From Candidatus Latescibacterota bacterium (GTDB taxonomy: Bacteria > Latescibacterota > UBA2968), in contig OZ242195.1 of assembly GCA_965205975.1 (NCBI GenBank), positions 512,001-576,000 on the forward strand: a DNA stretch of 64,000 nucleotides. Direction: 5' to 3'. Positions 38,414-47,276 of the stretch are shown here, in pieces (positions within the stretch are counted from its first letter, which is position 1; every line of letters begins with the position of its first letter). The notes beneath the pieces are model-generated. The model was not told where the DNA came from. It ran no database searches and worked only from the letters and a program-made list of their open reading frames with translations. Both the position numbers and the translations under genes were made by a program.

Positions 38414-39529
38414 TTATGGTGAAATTCGCAACTTGCCGAAATGAATATGAGTACGCGCCGTATCTGGTGTGCCGCTGTCCCACACGCAGCGGAAGTCACC
38501 CGGTGCAGTTTCAATAAGTGTGGGATAAGAGTTCTTAATCCCGGCATCGTAGAAGGTTTTCTCTTCGCTCCAGGTGTCTCCGGGATTTTTTGTTTTGTAC
38601 CGCAGAGAGGTCCGACCTCCGTTGGGAAATCCCGGTGCTTTTACTCTTTGGGGAGGCCCATCGCTGTACACATAGATATGCGTGCCATTCGAGGATCGGC
38701 CAAAGAAAGCCTTTGATTTGGCGTTGTGCAGGTCGGGTTCGGGTTTGGCGACACTCCAGGTCTGGCCACCGTCGCGGCTCACGCTCGAATAGGCTCTGGG
38801 AGGGTCCGTCGTGCGATCGGTTTCGTCGTAATCGGCAGTTCGCATGACGATCCATAGTTCCTCTGGTGTTTCTCCCGGCGCGATATTTCCCTCATGCAGG
38901 AAAACACGCGCATTGGTGGGTTGGGGAATATATGCTTCGAGCTTCCACTCCAGCAGGCTGGTACTGCTGAGAACGAAGTGGTCACGCGAACCGCGTGGGT
39001 CTTCCTGCAGCGTGTTGCGGTGGGCTGGCAGCAGAAACTTGTGTCCCGAGTCGGTCTCCGTGGTCACGATGGTTGAGCATGTAATCAGCGGTCCCGCATA
39101 GTGCATCGCCATTTCCACCTGTGTCCAGGAATAACCGCCATCTGCAGTGAATGCACCGACCAGTTGAGATTCTTCGCTGTTCTTCTGGGCTATTGGGCAG
39201 CGCATCGCAAAGCACCAGATTACGTCCTGTCCGGGGGCGCGGTAAAGGACTGGATTCGCGTAGGCAAATTGTACCATACCCTGATGCTGGCGATGATCGA
39301 AGATCATCACGGGTTCCTCCCAGGTATCCCCATCGTCGGTTGAGAGCGTCGCGAGAATGTCTCCCATGTCTTTCTTGCCGTTGACCATCGCTCCGAAGGC
39401 CACAATGAGATGCCTCTTCTTGTTTCCCGGAATAATGACTGGTTGCCACACGCGCCAGGCCTGCGGATGTTGCTCAACTCGGCGAATTACGCGAAGGTCC
39501 GTAATATCTCCACGATAATTCTGCATCAT
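38414..39529 (-). CDS. Sialidase / BNR-repeat family protein
   Basis: Asp-boxes STDDGDTW, TADGGYSW, SRDGGQTW; HEG, MR and NSYP motifs. Confidence 0.8.
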   Translation of the reverse strand: MMQNYRGDITDLRVIRRVEQHPQAWRVWQPVIIPGNKKRHLIVAFGAMVNGKKDMGDILATLSTDDGDTWEEPVMIFDHRQHQGMVQFAYANPVLYRAPGQDVIWCFAMRCPIAQKNSEESQLVGAFTADGGYSWTQVEMAMHYAGPLITCSTIVTTETDSGHKFLLPAHRNTLQEDPRGSRDHFVLSSTSLLEWKLEAYIPQPTNARVFLHEGNIAPGETPEELWIVMRTADYDETDRTTDPPRAYSSVSRDGGQTWSVAKPEPDLHNAKSKAFFGRSSNGTHIYVYSDGPPQRVKAPGFPNGGRTSLRYKTKNPGDTWSEEKTFYDAGIKNSYPTLIETAPGDFRCVWDSGTPDTARTHIHFGKLRISP

Positions 39530-39538
39530 TTATCTCCT

Positions 39539-40438
39539 CTATTCGCGTTCAAATCCCAGGTTCGGTATCCGCCAGTTGGCATACCAGCGGGAGTCTTTTG
39601 GGGGTGCTTTATCCCCACTCTGCATAGAGGCAAAATCTTTCATCCGGGGCCGGATCTCCTCTTCCCAGATACGCTCGATCTGCCCGTAGGTCAGCGGGGT
39701 GTGATCGGGTTTTAACCGCTCGTATTCCGTTAGAAGTTCTTTTGCTTTTTCAGATATATGTGCCACGGTATCAGCCGCCATTTCTTCTCCCGCTCGCCGG
39801 CTGGATGTATCCACATAATCGCCCTGGGCGAAATGAGGGCCTGGCTCGTCCGGTCCGGGAAGGCGGGATAGATCTACGCAGTCTGGAGCCACGGCCCACA
39901 GCAGCGATGTTTCCCCTCTTCCCGCGTGGCCTCCCATGCCCCGGTCGTCTTTGAAACGGGATTCCCCTGTGCCCATACTCATAAGAGAATAGAGTCGGAC
40001 GGAAACGTGTTGCTGGAGGATTTCCAGTACAACGGGTACGTCCAGGCGGTGCGGTCCCGAGTGTCCCGAGAAGAGCACGGCTACGTGAAATCCCAGGGCA
40101 TCGACGGCGCGGATGTGATAGCAGAGATTTTTCAAAAAGATCCACGGTGGCACTGCTGTAAGCCAGGGGCGGGCGTCACCCACTCGTTCGTGTGCCCAGA
40201 TTCCGTAGCCTCCGGATTCGTGGCAGTGCCAGTATTCGGGCGGGGCTACAATGCCCCCGAAGGACCGGGCGGCTTGGCACACCACCCCGTGGGCACGCAA
40301 CGCGTCCAGGCCCAGGGCGTTCACCGGGCCGTGGGGTTCACACAGGCCATAGGGCAAATACACCACTGGACAATCCTCAAAAGCAGCTTCTAATTCATCG
40401 GGAAACATGCGTTCCCAGCGGACTTCTCTCCGTTCCAT
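39539..40438 (-). CDS. Creatininase family amidohydrolase
   Basis: P.G..EPHG...LG.D, GH.G, HAG.GETS. Confidence 0.88.
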   Translation of the reverse strand: MERREVRWERMFPDELEAAFEDCPVVYLPYGLCEPHGPVNALGLDALRAHGVVCQAARSFGGIVAPPEYWHCHESGGYGIWAHERVGDARPWLTAVPPWIFLKNLCYHIRAVDALGFHVAVLFSGHSGPHRLDVPVVLEILQQHVSVRLYSLMSMGTGESRFKDDRGMGGHAGRGETSLLWAVAPDCVDLSRLPGPDEPGPHFAQGDYVDTSSRRAGEEMAADTVAHISEKAKELLTEYERLKPDHTPLTYGQIERIWEEEIRPRMKDFASMQSGDKAPPKDSRWYANWRIPNLGFERE

Positions 40439-40642
40439 GGTTCAGGCTCCTTATTTGAATGGAGAATAAGGTAAAAGGCCGAATGAAATTTAGGCTTAGA
40501 AATAAAAAAAGCTACGATTAATCTCATACATCCGCAAGTACGACAAAAACACTTGACAACGACTGCCGAAAACGCCTTCTTACCAGCCATCTATGCGCAA
40601 GAAATGTCCCTTGTAGTTCCTACACGTAGAGGAGATTAGAAG

Positions 40643-41659
40643 ATGGACGACGCGATGCGTGAAACGTTCGCACGACAAGGCTATGTCGTCGTGCCCGATG
40701 TGCTCAATCAACAGCAGTTGGACGAGCTCAATCAAGTCTATGATCAGCATATCCACGAGCGGGAGGAGACGCAGTCCACGGACGGCACCGACGCACAGAA
40801 GCGCAAAAGTATCCGGGGGCGCGGCACACGCCAGACAACTGATCGGCACGGCAACACCTACGTAGGGAGAAGGCTCTGGAGCAAGGCCTACCGGGACCTG
40901 ATCGACAACGAGATCATGCTGCCCATCCTTGAAGAGATTCTCGGCGACCCAGCGTGGGGCCATGCCCCAGCACATATGCCGGAAGAGCTTCGCCCCTTGT
41001 TCCGGTTAGATCACGACAATATACATTACAAGCCCGGCCGGAAACCGACAGACGGCGCGGACATAGGCGGGACGCTCCACGGCGGCCCGGGCAGCTTTCA
41101 TATCACGTGTGTGTATGAGCTCAAGACAGTCGGACCAGATGACGGGGGCTTCGGGTGTGTTGTTGGCACACACAAGCCGGCCAATGAGCAGAAGCTGATG
41201 GACATCGACGGCGACTGGCGGCGGAACTGGTGTGATACGAAATGGACGTCGCAGCTGCCGAACTGGGATGACGATGTGCCGGTACACCGCGTCGAGGCGA
41301 AGGCTGGAGATTGCATTTTGTTCACTGAGAAGCTCAAACACGGTACGATTCCATGGGCAGGGAGCGGGGAGCGCCGCACCCTCTTCTACAAGTATGTTCC
41401 TTTCGGCATGCACCACGGCGACGCCGGGTACGACACCAACGACCCCGAACTGACTGAGCGTCAGAAACGGATCCTGGAGTTCTCGCCGTGCTGGTTTAAC
41501 GATCCCCGGGAGGACAAAGACTACTCCTCGAACCCGGCGCTGACAAAGCTCCATCCGCAGGCGTGTGTGGAGAGCGACCCGAGTGTGTTGCTGCCGGGCA
41601 TGTCGCCGCCGCACATCCGGCTGACGGACGAGACCTGGGCAATGCTGAGTGCCAGCTAG
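40643..41659 (+). CDS. PhyH-like Fe(II)/2OG enzyme, HxG variant
   Basis: FARQGYVVVPDVL, RLDH, LHGG, GTHK, AGDCILFTE.L.HGT.PW....RR. Confidence 0.8.
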   Translation: MDDAMRETFARQGYVVVPDVLNQQQLDELNQVYDQHIHEREETQSTDGTDAQKRKSIRGRGTRQTTDRHGNTYVGRRLWSKAYRDLIDNEIMLPILEEILGDPAWGHAPAHMPEELRPLFRLDHDNIHYKPGRKPTDGADIGGTLHGGPGSFHITCVYELKTVGPDDGGFGCVVGTHKPANEQKLMDIDGDWRRNWCDTKWTSQLPNWDDDVPVHRVEAKAGDCILFTEKLKHGTIPWAGSGERRTLFYKYVPFGMHHGDAGYDTNDPELTERQKRILEFSPCWFNDPREDKDYSSNPALTKLHPQACVESDPSVLLPGMSPPHIRLTDETWAMLSAS

Positions 41660-41689
41660 AACTTTTTGGCCAAATGATAGGGAAAATAG

Positions 41690-41724
41690 AAAAATGCCGT
41701 GAAAAAAAATCTCACGGCATTTTT
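41690..41724. terminator. Hairpin / bidirectional terminator, copy 1
   Basis: AAAAATGCCGTGA...TCACGGCATTTTT; near-identical copy at 43940-43974. Confidence 0.7.
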
Positions 41725-41757
41725 CATTGATTCACTGTAGAGAAAGGAGTTGTGTCG

Positions 41758-43626
41758 ATGAAGAAGCAAACCCCGGAAGCCATCCTGGCTGGATTTGAGA
41801 AACGGGTGGATGCAATGTTTCGCGCAGAATCGGGCACCTCCCTGGTGCGCGCCAAGAAGCAGAAACCTCTCGGCCCGGGGCGCGGTAACTACGTCCGAGC
41901 CTACTCCTATTCCATCATGGCGTTTGCCGCGCGCTGCCTGTATCTAGGGGAGATGCTGGATGAGGCAAATGCTGCACTGGCCGAAAATGCCCAGCACTAC
42001 CTCGATAACCCAAAGGACATCAATGACCGCGACAGCTTCCACTGGCATGCGGAGATCGTGATGCGACTGCTTGAGATGTACGGCACCAACGGGACGGAGC
42101 ATCCTGGCCGCATCACCAAAGAGACCGAGGCCCTCGCGCTCAAACCGGTCTGGCTCTATGCCAAAATGTGCTCGTGGCTAAGCAAGGCGAAGGTCAAGGA
42201 CTCGCAGACCTGGCACATTTACGGGTCCGAGAACCATCATGCCATGGACTTCACAGTGAATTGGCACTTCTCCAAGCTCGCCAGGAATCTGCCCGAATAT
42301 AGGAACCTCAAGTTTGATGACGGCGCCACGGCCGAGGATCACTACCGCGCCTGGAACGAGTACTTCATCGCTTACTGCCGTGAACGGGCCCGCAAGAGCC
42401 TGTGTATCGAAATGATGAGCGATGGATATAACGCCACGCTGATCAGAGGATTCTATAACTTCTACGACTTCGGTGATCCACCAGTACAGCGCTCGGCCGG
42501 GATGTTCCTCGATCTCTACTTTGCTTACTGGGCGCAAGAGCAGATTGGTGGGCATATGGGTGGCGGCGGGTCACGCAGAAAGGGGGAGAAAGCGTTCTAC
42601 CAGAACCGAGATCACGGAAACGCTCCGTTGGCCTGGTTCTACTTCGCCATCGGCAAGCAACCAGCGGTCAATGGTCAGGACGTCAACGCCGCACTCAGCG
42701 CTTACCGCCCCCCGACCGTAGTGGCAGATATCGCGTCCGACGTAAAGGGACGCGGCCGCTACGAAGTGCGACAGCGTACACAGGGTCTCGGGAAACAAGG
42801 CCATTCGTTTCCCATGGTGGCAGTTGCGAGCAAAGCGCCGAATCAATTGCGAACCGACGGTGGTGGCATTCTGCGCTACAGTTTCTGTGACCCTGCCTTC
42901 ATCTTGGGTACCCCAATGACCGAGGCGCGACCGCTGTCCGATTGGGTCGCAATCAGCGCACAGAATCGTTGGCAGGGTGTGATCTTTGCTGGCGAAGACG
43001 ATGCCCGCATCGTTCCTCTTGTGCGTCCCGAGGACAACAGGGTCGTTCTCAATGCTCAGTGGTCCGTCCAAAGCAAGGGTAGCCTGATCACACAGAAGCT
43101 CAAGTACCACAAGGGTGGCGCCGAGATGAATGTCTGGATGTCGGAAAAAGGCTTGAGCGCACCCGTTGAGGAAGATGGTGTGGTATTTGTGGAAGCAGAA
43201 GGCGCATGGGCAGCGATTCGCGTGTCCGATGGTGGCTTCACGTGGAAGGAGGGCTCATACACCGTCAAGGCTGAGGATGGCAGTACACGTAAGACGCCTC
43301 CCGGAAGGATCATGGCGCTTAAGGGCGAATACGCCCCCGTCATTCTCGAGGTTATGGCCAAGAGCGATCTCGATAGCTTCGACACGTTCAAAGCGAAGGT
43401 AAAAGGTTGTGAGATGAGCATGGATGGTGCCATTCTTAGATACACCACGATCTACAGCGACCTGTTGACCTTCGACACCAGCTTTGAGAAAACGCCCAGC
43501 ATTAACAGCAAGCCAGTGAACTACGCCCCGAAGAAGGTCTTTGAAAGCCCTTTTCTCAATGCTGGCTACAATAGTGGTATCGTCACCATTAGTAAGGGTA
43601 AGCGGAAGAAGGTGTTGGAATTCTGA
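41758..43626 (+). CDS. Hypothetical protein, possibly heparinase/lyase-like
   Basis: Long ORF with AAGGAG RBS; GSENHH and E..S..Y motifs. Confidence 0.6.
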   Translation: MKKQTPEAILAGFEKRVDAMFRAESGTSLVRAKKQKPLGPGRGNYVRAYSYSIMAFAARCLYLGEMLDEANAALAENAQHYLDNPKDINDRDSFHWHAEIVMRLLEMYGTNGTEHPGRITKETEALALKPVWLYAKMCSWLSKAKVKDSQTWHIYGSENHHAMDFTVNWHFSKLARNLPEYRNLKFDDGATAEDHYRAWNEYFIAYCRERARKSLCIEMMSDGYNATLIRGFYNFYDFGDPPVQRSAGMFLDLYFAYWAQEQIGGHMGGGGSRRKGEKAFYQNRDHGNAPLAWFYFAIGKQPAVNGQDVNAALSAYRPPTVVADIASDVKGRGRYEVRQRTQGLGKQGHSFPMVAVASKAPNQLRTDGGGILRYSFCDPAFILGTPMTEARPLSDWVAISAQNRWQGVIFAGEDDARIVPLVRPEDNRVVLNAQWSVQSKGSLITQKLKYHKGGAEMNVWMSEKGLSAPVEEDGVVFVEAEGAWAAIRVSDGGFTWKEGSYTVKAEDGSTRKTPPGRIMALKGEYAPVILEVMAKSDLDSFDTFKAKVKGCEMSMDGAILRYTTIYSDLLTFDTSFEKTPSINSKPVNYAPKKVFESPFLNAGYNSGIVTISKGKRKKVLEF

Positions 43627-43642
43627 TTGCTGGGAGTGATAT

Positions 43643-43885
43643 ATGGGCGTAATGACAGATGAACAGAAGAAGCACTTTCGCGAAGCAGGATATCTGCTGG
43701 CGTCGGGTTTGATTCCCGAGCAGGTGGTTCGCAAGGCTGAAGACGCGATGTGGGCGGCGTTGGAAATGGACCGTGACGGCTCCGAAACCTGGGGGCGTGT
43801 GTCCGTGCATGCGATCAATCAACAGCATCGTGCATCGCCTGGAAATCTGTTAAGAATTCAGATTTTTCAACTTGAGCCGGAGTAA
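43643..43885 (+). pseudogene. Truncated PhyH-family gene fused to unrelated sequence
   Basis: First ~50 aa align with the 53108 protein (GY.L.SGLIPE.....AE.AMW..L.MDRD...W), then run into the 52-bp repeat. Confidence 0.8.
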
Positions 43886-43888
43886 CAA
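43837..43888 (+). repeat. 52-bp direct repeat, copy 1 (copy 2 at 50792-50843)
   Basis: GCCTGG(A/G)AATCTGTTAAGAATTCAGATTTTTCAACTTGAGCCGGAGTAACAA; one mismatch. Confidence 0.9.
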
Positions 43889-43939
43889 ATGGAGATCAGA
43901 TAGGACTCGAACTTTCCACAAATAATCTGTTCAAATTAG

Positions 43940-43974
43940 AAAATGCCGCGAGAAGAAATCTCACGGCATTTTTT
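43940..43974. terminator. Hairpin / bidirectional terminator, copy 2
   Basis: AAAATGCCGCGAGA...TCTCACGGCATTTTTT. Confidence 0.7.
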
Positions 43975-44606
43975 CGATTGTTTTTTATAATTGTTTTTCT
44001 TGCTATTTGCCAAAAAATAACTATAACTCTCATTTAATAATCATTTTTCCGGGATGTGCTATGGCTAAACACCACCAAAATCTAAAATTCTGACCACTCT
44101 GTTGTAGGGGATTGTCAACACAAATTGAGGGAGATCGTATTGAGACAAAATATTCTCCTTTAGTTACGATAGGCGTGAATGGAATATAATAGGCGTCTCT
44201 TCTTCTGGGCGGATACATTCTCCTATAAAGAATGCTCCTTCTATATACTTCCGTCTAAGGGCCGCAAAATAAGCATCCCGATTTGATTCATAATAAATCA
44301 TTGACTTTTATGGATCAATACAAACTTGCCATGATGATCGCTAATGGTAGCTCCTCCTGTTGGTGAGAAAATACCACGCTGATACCCAATGTCACAGCCT
44401 TTATACCGGTTCAACTAATAGGGCGCACCTCATATGCCTGCCACCTCGATAACAACCTCATTGTCCTCAGCGCACGTATCCGGATCCGCCTGGTAGATGT
44501 AGGCACAGAAAAACGAAAAGTTTTGACTTCCAAATAGATAGCGAAAGCGGTATAATATTGTATCGAGCAGGGCGACCGTGCTGACATCACAATCTGGAGA
44601 TGAGAG

Positions 44607-46160
44607 ATGGGCATATCAGACAGACGCAAGTTGCCTATCGGCATTCAGACCTTTCGCGAGATACGAGAGGAGAACTACTACTATGTCGATAAAACGGCCC
44701 TCATTCAGCGACTGATGGACGAGGGTAAGCACTACTTTCTATCGCGTCCACGTCGGTTCGGCAAAAGCCTATTTCTGGACACACTGAAGGAACTGTTTGA
44801 GGGCAATGAACCACTGTTCGAAGGGCTGTACATTCACGACCACTGGGACTGGTCTGTTCGCTATCCCGTTCTGCGACTCGACTTTGGCAGCGGCAATTTC
44901 AAAGAGCCGGGTTACGTGCAGGCAAATGTGATGACGCAACTTCACACCATAGCAGAAGATGCCGGTATTGCGCCGCATTACGATACGGCACCGGAGTGCT
45001 TTGGCGATCTAATCCGGGTCTTGCACCGGCAGGTTGGGCAACGCGTTGTCGTTCTGGTTGATGAATACGACAAGCCGATTCTGGACGCACTTGAGGTGCC
45101 AGAGGTCGCTCGCGCCAATCGCGACTTTTTACACGGTCTATATTCAACAATCAAGTCTAATGACGCCCACGTCAAGTTCACCTTTCTCACAGGCGTTAGC
45201 AAGTTCTCCAAGGTTAGCTTGTTCTCTGGTCTCAACAATCTCAAGGACATCACGCTGGATGCACGCTACTCAGCCATCTGTGGCTACACGGATGCAGATC
45301 TGGACGCGATATTCGCACCAGAGCTACCCGGTCTGGATCGGGATGAGATACGCCGCTGGTACAACGGCTATAGCTGGCTGGGAGAGGAGGTTTATAACCC
45401 ATTCAACATCCTCCTGCTCTTCGATAAGCGCCAGTTTGGTGCCTACTGGTTCGAGACCGGCACCCCGACGTTCTTGGTCGAGACCCTGATCTCGCGCGGA
45501 GTCGGTACGCTGGCTCTGGACGACATGCTGGGCAGCGACGAACTGTTGTCTGCCTTCGATGTTGACCATATTGCCACCGAAGCACTGCTGTTCCAGACCG
45601 GCTATCTCACGATTATCCAAACCGAACCGCGAGGCAGCAGGACCTACTACCGTCTGAGCTACCCTAACCAGGAAGTGCGCCAGAGCCTGAACGAAAACTT
45701 ACTAAACCACTTGACCGGGCGCCCGACGCAGCAAGCAGAGCATAGCGCCCGTTTGTACGACCTGCTACTGGTCAATGACTTCGCTGGCCTGGAAAGCCTG
45801 TTCAAGGCATTCTTCGCCAGCATTCCCTATCAGTGGCACACAAACAATGACATAGCGAACTACGAAGGCTATTACGCCAGCGTGTTCTACTCCTACTTCG
45901 CATCGGTGGGATTCGACATCGTTGTAGAAGACAGTGGCAGCGATGGGCGTCTGGACATGGCGGTTCGTTTCAACGACACTGTGTATCTGTTCGAGTTCAA
46001 AGTGGTGGAATTGGCACCGGAAGGGTCTGCAATGGCGCAATTGCAGGCAAAGGGCTATGCGGACAAATACCGCGACCTGGATCAGCCGATTTTTATGATT
46101 GGGGTAGAGTTCAGCCGCGAGAGCCGCAATCTGATAGCATTCGAGACAGCTCTTGCTTAA
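44607..46160 (+). CDS. AAA-ATPase-like protein with C-terminal PD-(D/E)xK nuclease domain
   Basis: LPIGIQTF..IR...YVDKT, LSRPRRFGKS, LVDEYDKP, GR.D.......FEFK, A..Q...KGY. Confidence 0.92.
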   Translation: MGISDRRKLPIGIQTFREIREENYYYVDKTALIQRLMDEGKHYFLSRPRRFGKSLFLDTLKELFEGNEPLFEGLYIHDHWDWSVRYPVLRLDFGSGNFKEPGYVQANVMTQLHTIAEDAGIAPHYDTAPECFGDLIRVLHRQVGQRVVVLVDEYDKPILDALEVPEVARANRDFLHGLYSTIKSNDAHVKFTFLTGVSKFSKVSLFSGLNNLKDITLDARYSAICGYTDADLDAIFAPELPGLDRDEIRRWYNGYSWLGEEVYNPFNILLLFDKRQFGAYWFETGTPTFLVETLISRGVGTLALDDMLGSDELLSAFDVDHIATEALLFQTGYLTIIQTEPRGSRTYYRLSYPNQEVRQSLNENLLNHLTGRPTQQAEHSARLYDLLLVNDFAGLESLFKAFFASIPYQWHTNNDIANYEGYYASVFYSYFASVGFDIVVEDSGSDGRLDMAVRFNDTVYLFEFKVVELAPEGSAMAQLQAKGYADKYRDLDQPIFMIGVEFSRESRNLIAFETALA

Positions 46161-46246
46161 AGAGTACAAACCGATGAAAAGTCTCACCTTCCCAATCAGA
46201 TGCATCTCGCCTCGAGTACAATACAAAGCCCGATTCAAATACAAGG

Positions 46247-47233
46247 ATGACGGATATGAAATTTTGGTGGTTGACAGTCGGAGGCATCTTTCTGGCCCTT
46301 TGTAGGGACTCGGGGTTGGAAGCGGCGGAAAACCGTGTGGTGGAGATTATATACGACTTCAGAAAGGAACAGACAGGCTGTTATCCCCAGATTATGATCA
46401 ACACCAAACTTGAGAACTACAAATGCGTCAAGAGCAACTCTGACAATAATAACGCGAGCAGGGGACTGAAGAAACATCCATTTGAGATTAAGCCAACTGA
46501 CAACGTGATATTAATCATGAAATGGCAATGCGACTCTACGGGACGATGTGACACTAAGGCTGCGGATATTCAGTACGCCGTAATGGGCAAGTCCAAGAAC
46601 ATCAACATACTGAAGATAATCCTGGAAAATCTGACAAAATTAACTACGTCCAAATCCCAAAAAGCAGAACTGAGTCCGAGGCAGCCTACTGTATCCAAAG
46701 TTAATAGCAAAACCTGTTTACTGTTGTTGCCGGTGAAAGACAACCTGGTGGCGGGCGGCTACCTTATAGTGACTTTTAATAAAAAAGAGAGCTCGAATGG
46801 TAGAGTCATGGCCTCGTCAGGGCCGTGGTCATTTCAAATTGGAATTCCTCCATCTCGATACACCGTGTCGCACGGTTTCGTGATCACAAACGCCGCGAAA
46901 CCGAACCAACAGGCGTCCACGTTTAGGGATGACCATCCAGAATGGCGACTTGTTCCGTCGCCATTTACCTTCGTGAATCTCCAGCCGTGGTCCGGTTGGC
47001 TATATAAGCAATGGCGCATACCAAGGCCATATGTGTCCGTAGGATTCCAGTTGGGGAGTCAACCGTTTGATGACCTCGTTGTGGGCGTGACATTGGGGCC
47101 CGAGGTAGGTAGTGTAGGCTTAAACTGCACTTTGGGTGGGGTCATCAGCCTTGAGACGGAGAAAGACTCTGATAGTGAGTTTGATATATCACATAATTGG
47201 GGATTGGCAGTCGGGGTGTCGCTGGTTTTCTAA
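46247..47233 (+). CDS. Hypothetical exported protein
   Basis: Signal-like N-terminus; C-terminal amphipathic strand ending in Phe (WGLAVGVSLVF). Confidence 0.6.
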   Translation: MTDMKFWWLTVGGIFLALCRDSGLEAAENRVVEIIYDFRKEQTGCYPQIMINTKLENYKCVKSNSDNNNASRGLKKHPFEIKPTDNVILIMKWQCDSTGRCDTKAADIQYAVMGKSKNINILKIILENLTKLTTSKSQKAELSPRQPTVSKVNSKTCLLLLPVKDNLVAGGYLIVTFNKKESSNGRVMASSGPWSFQIGIPPSRYTVSHGFVITNAAKPNQQASTFRDDHPEWRLVPSPFTFVNLQPWSGWLYKQWRIPRPYVSVGFQLGSQPFDDLVVGVTLGPEVGSVGLNCTLGGVISLETEKDSDSEFDISHNWGLAVGVSLVF

Positions 47234-47276
47234 CGGGATAACTCCAATATCTGCAATCCACTTCTTAGGAGGCAAT

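Noticed and set aside
43980..44600. Short minus-strand ORF fragments and a possible promoter
   Set aside because: No recognisable family; TTGACT and TATAAT are 22 nt apart, too far for sigma70.
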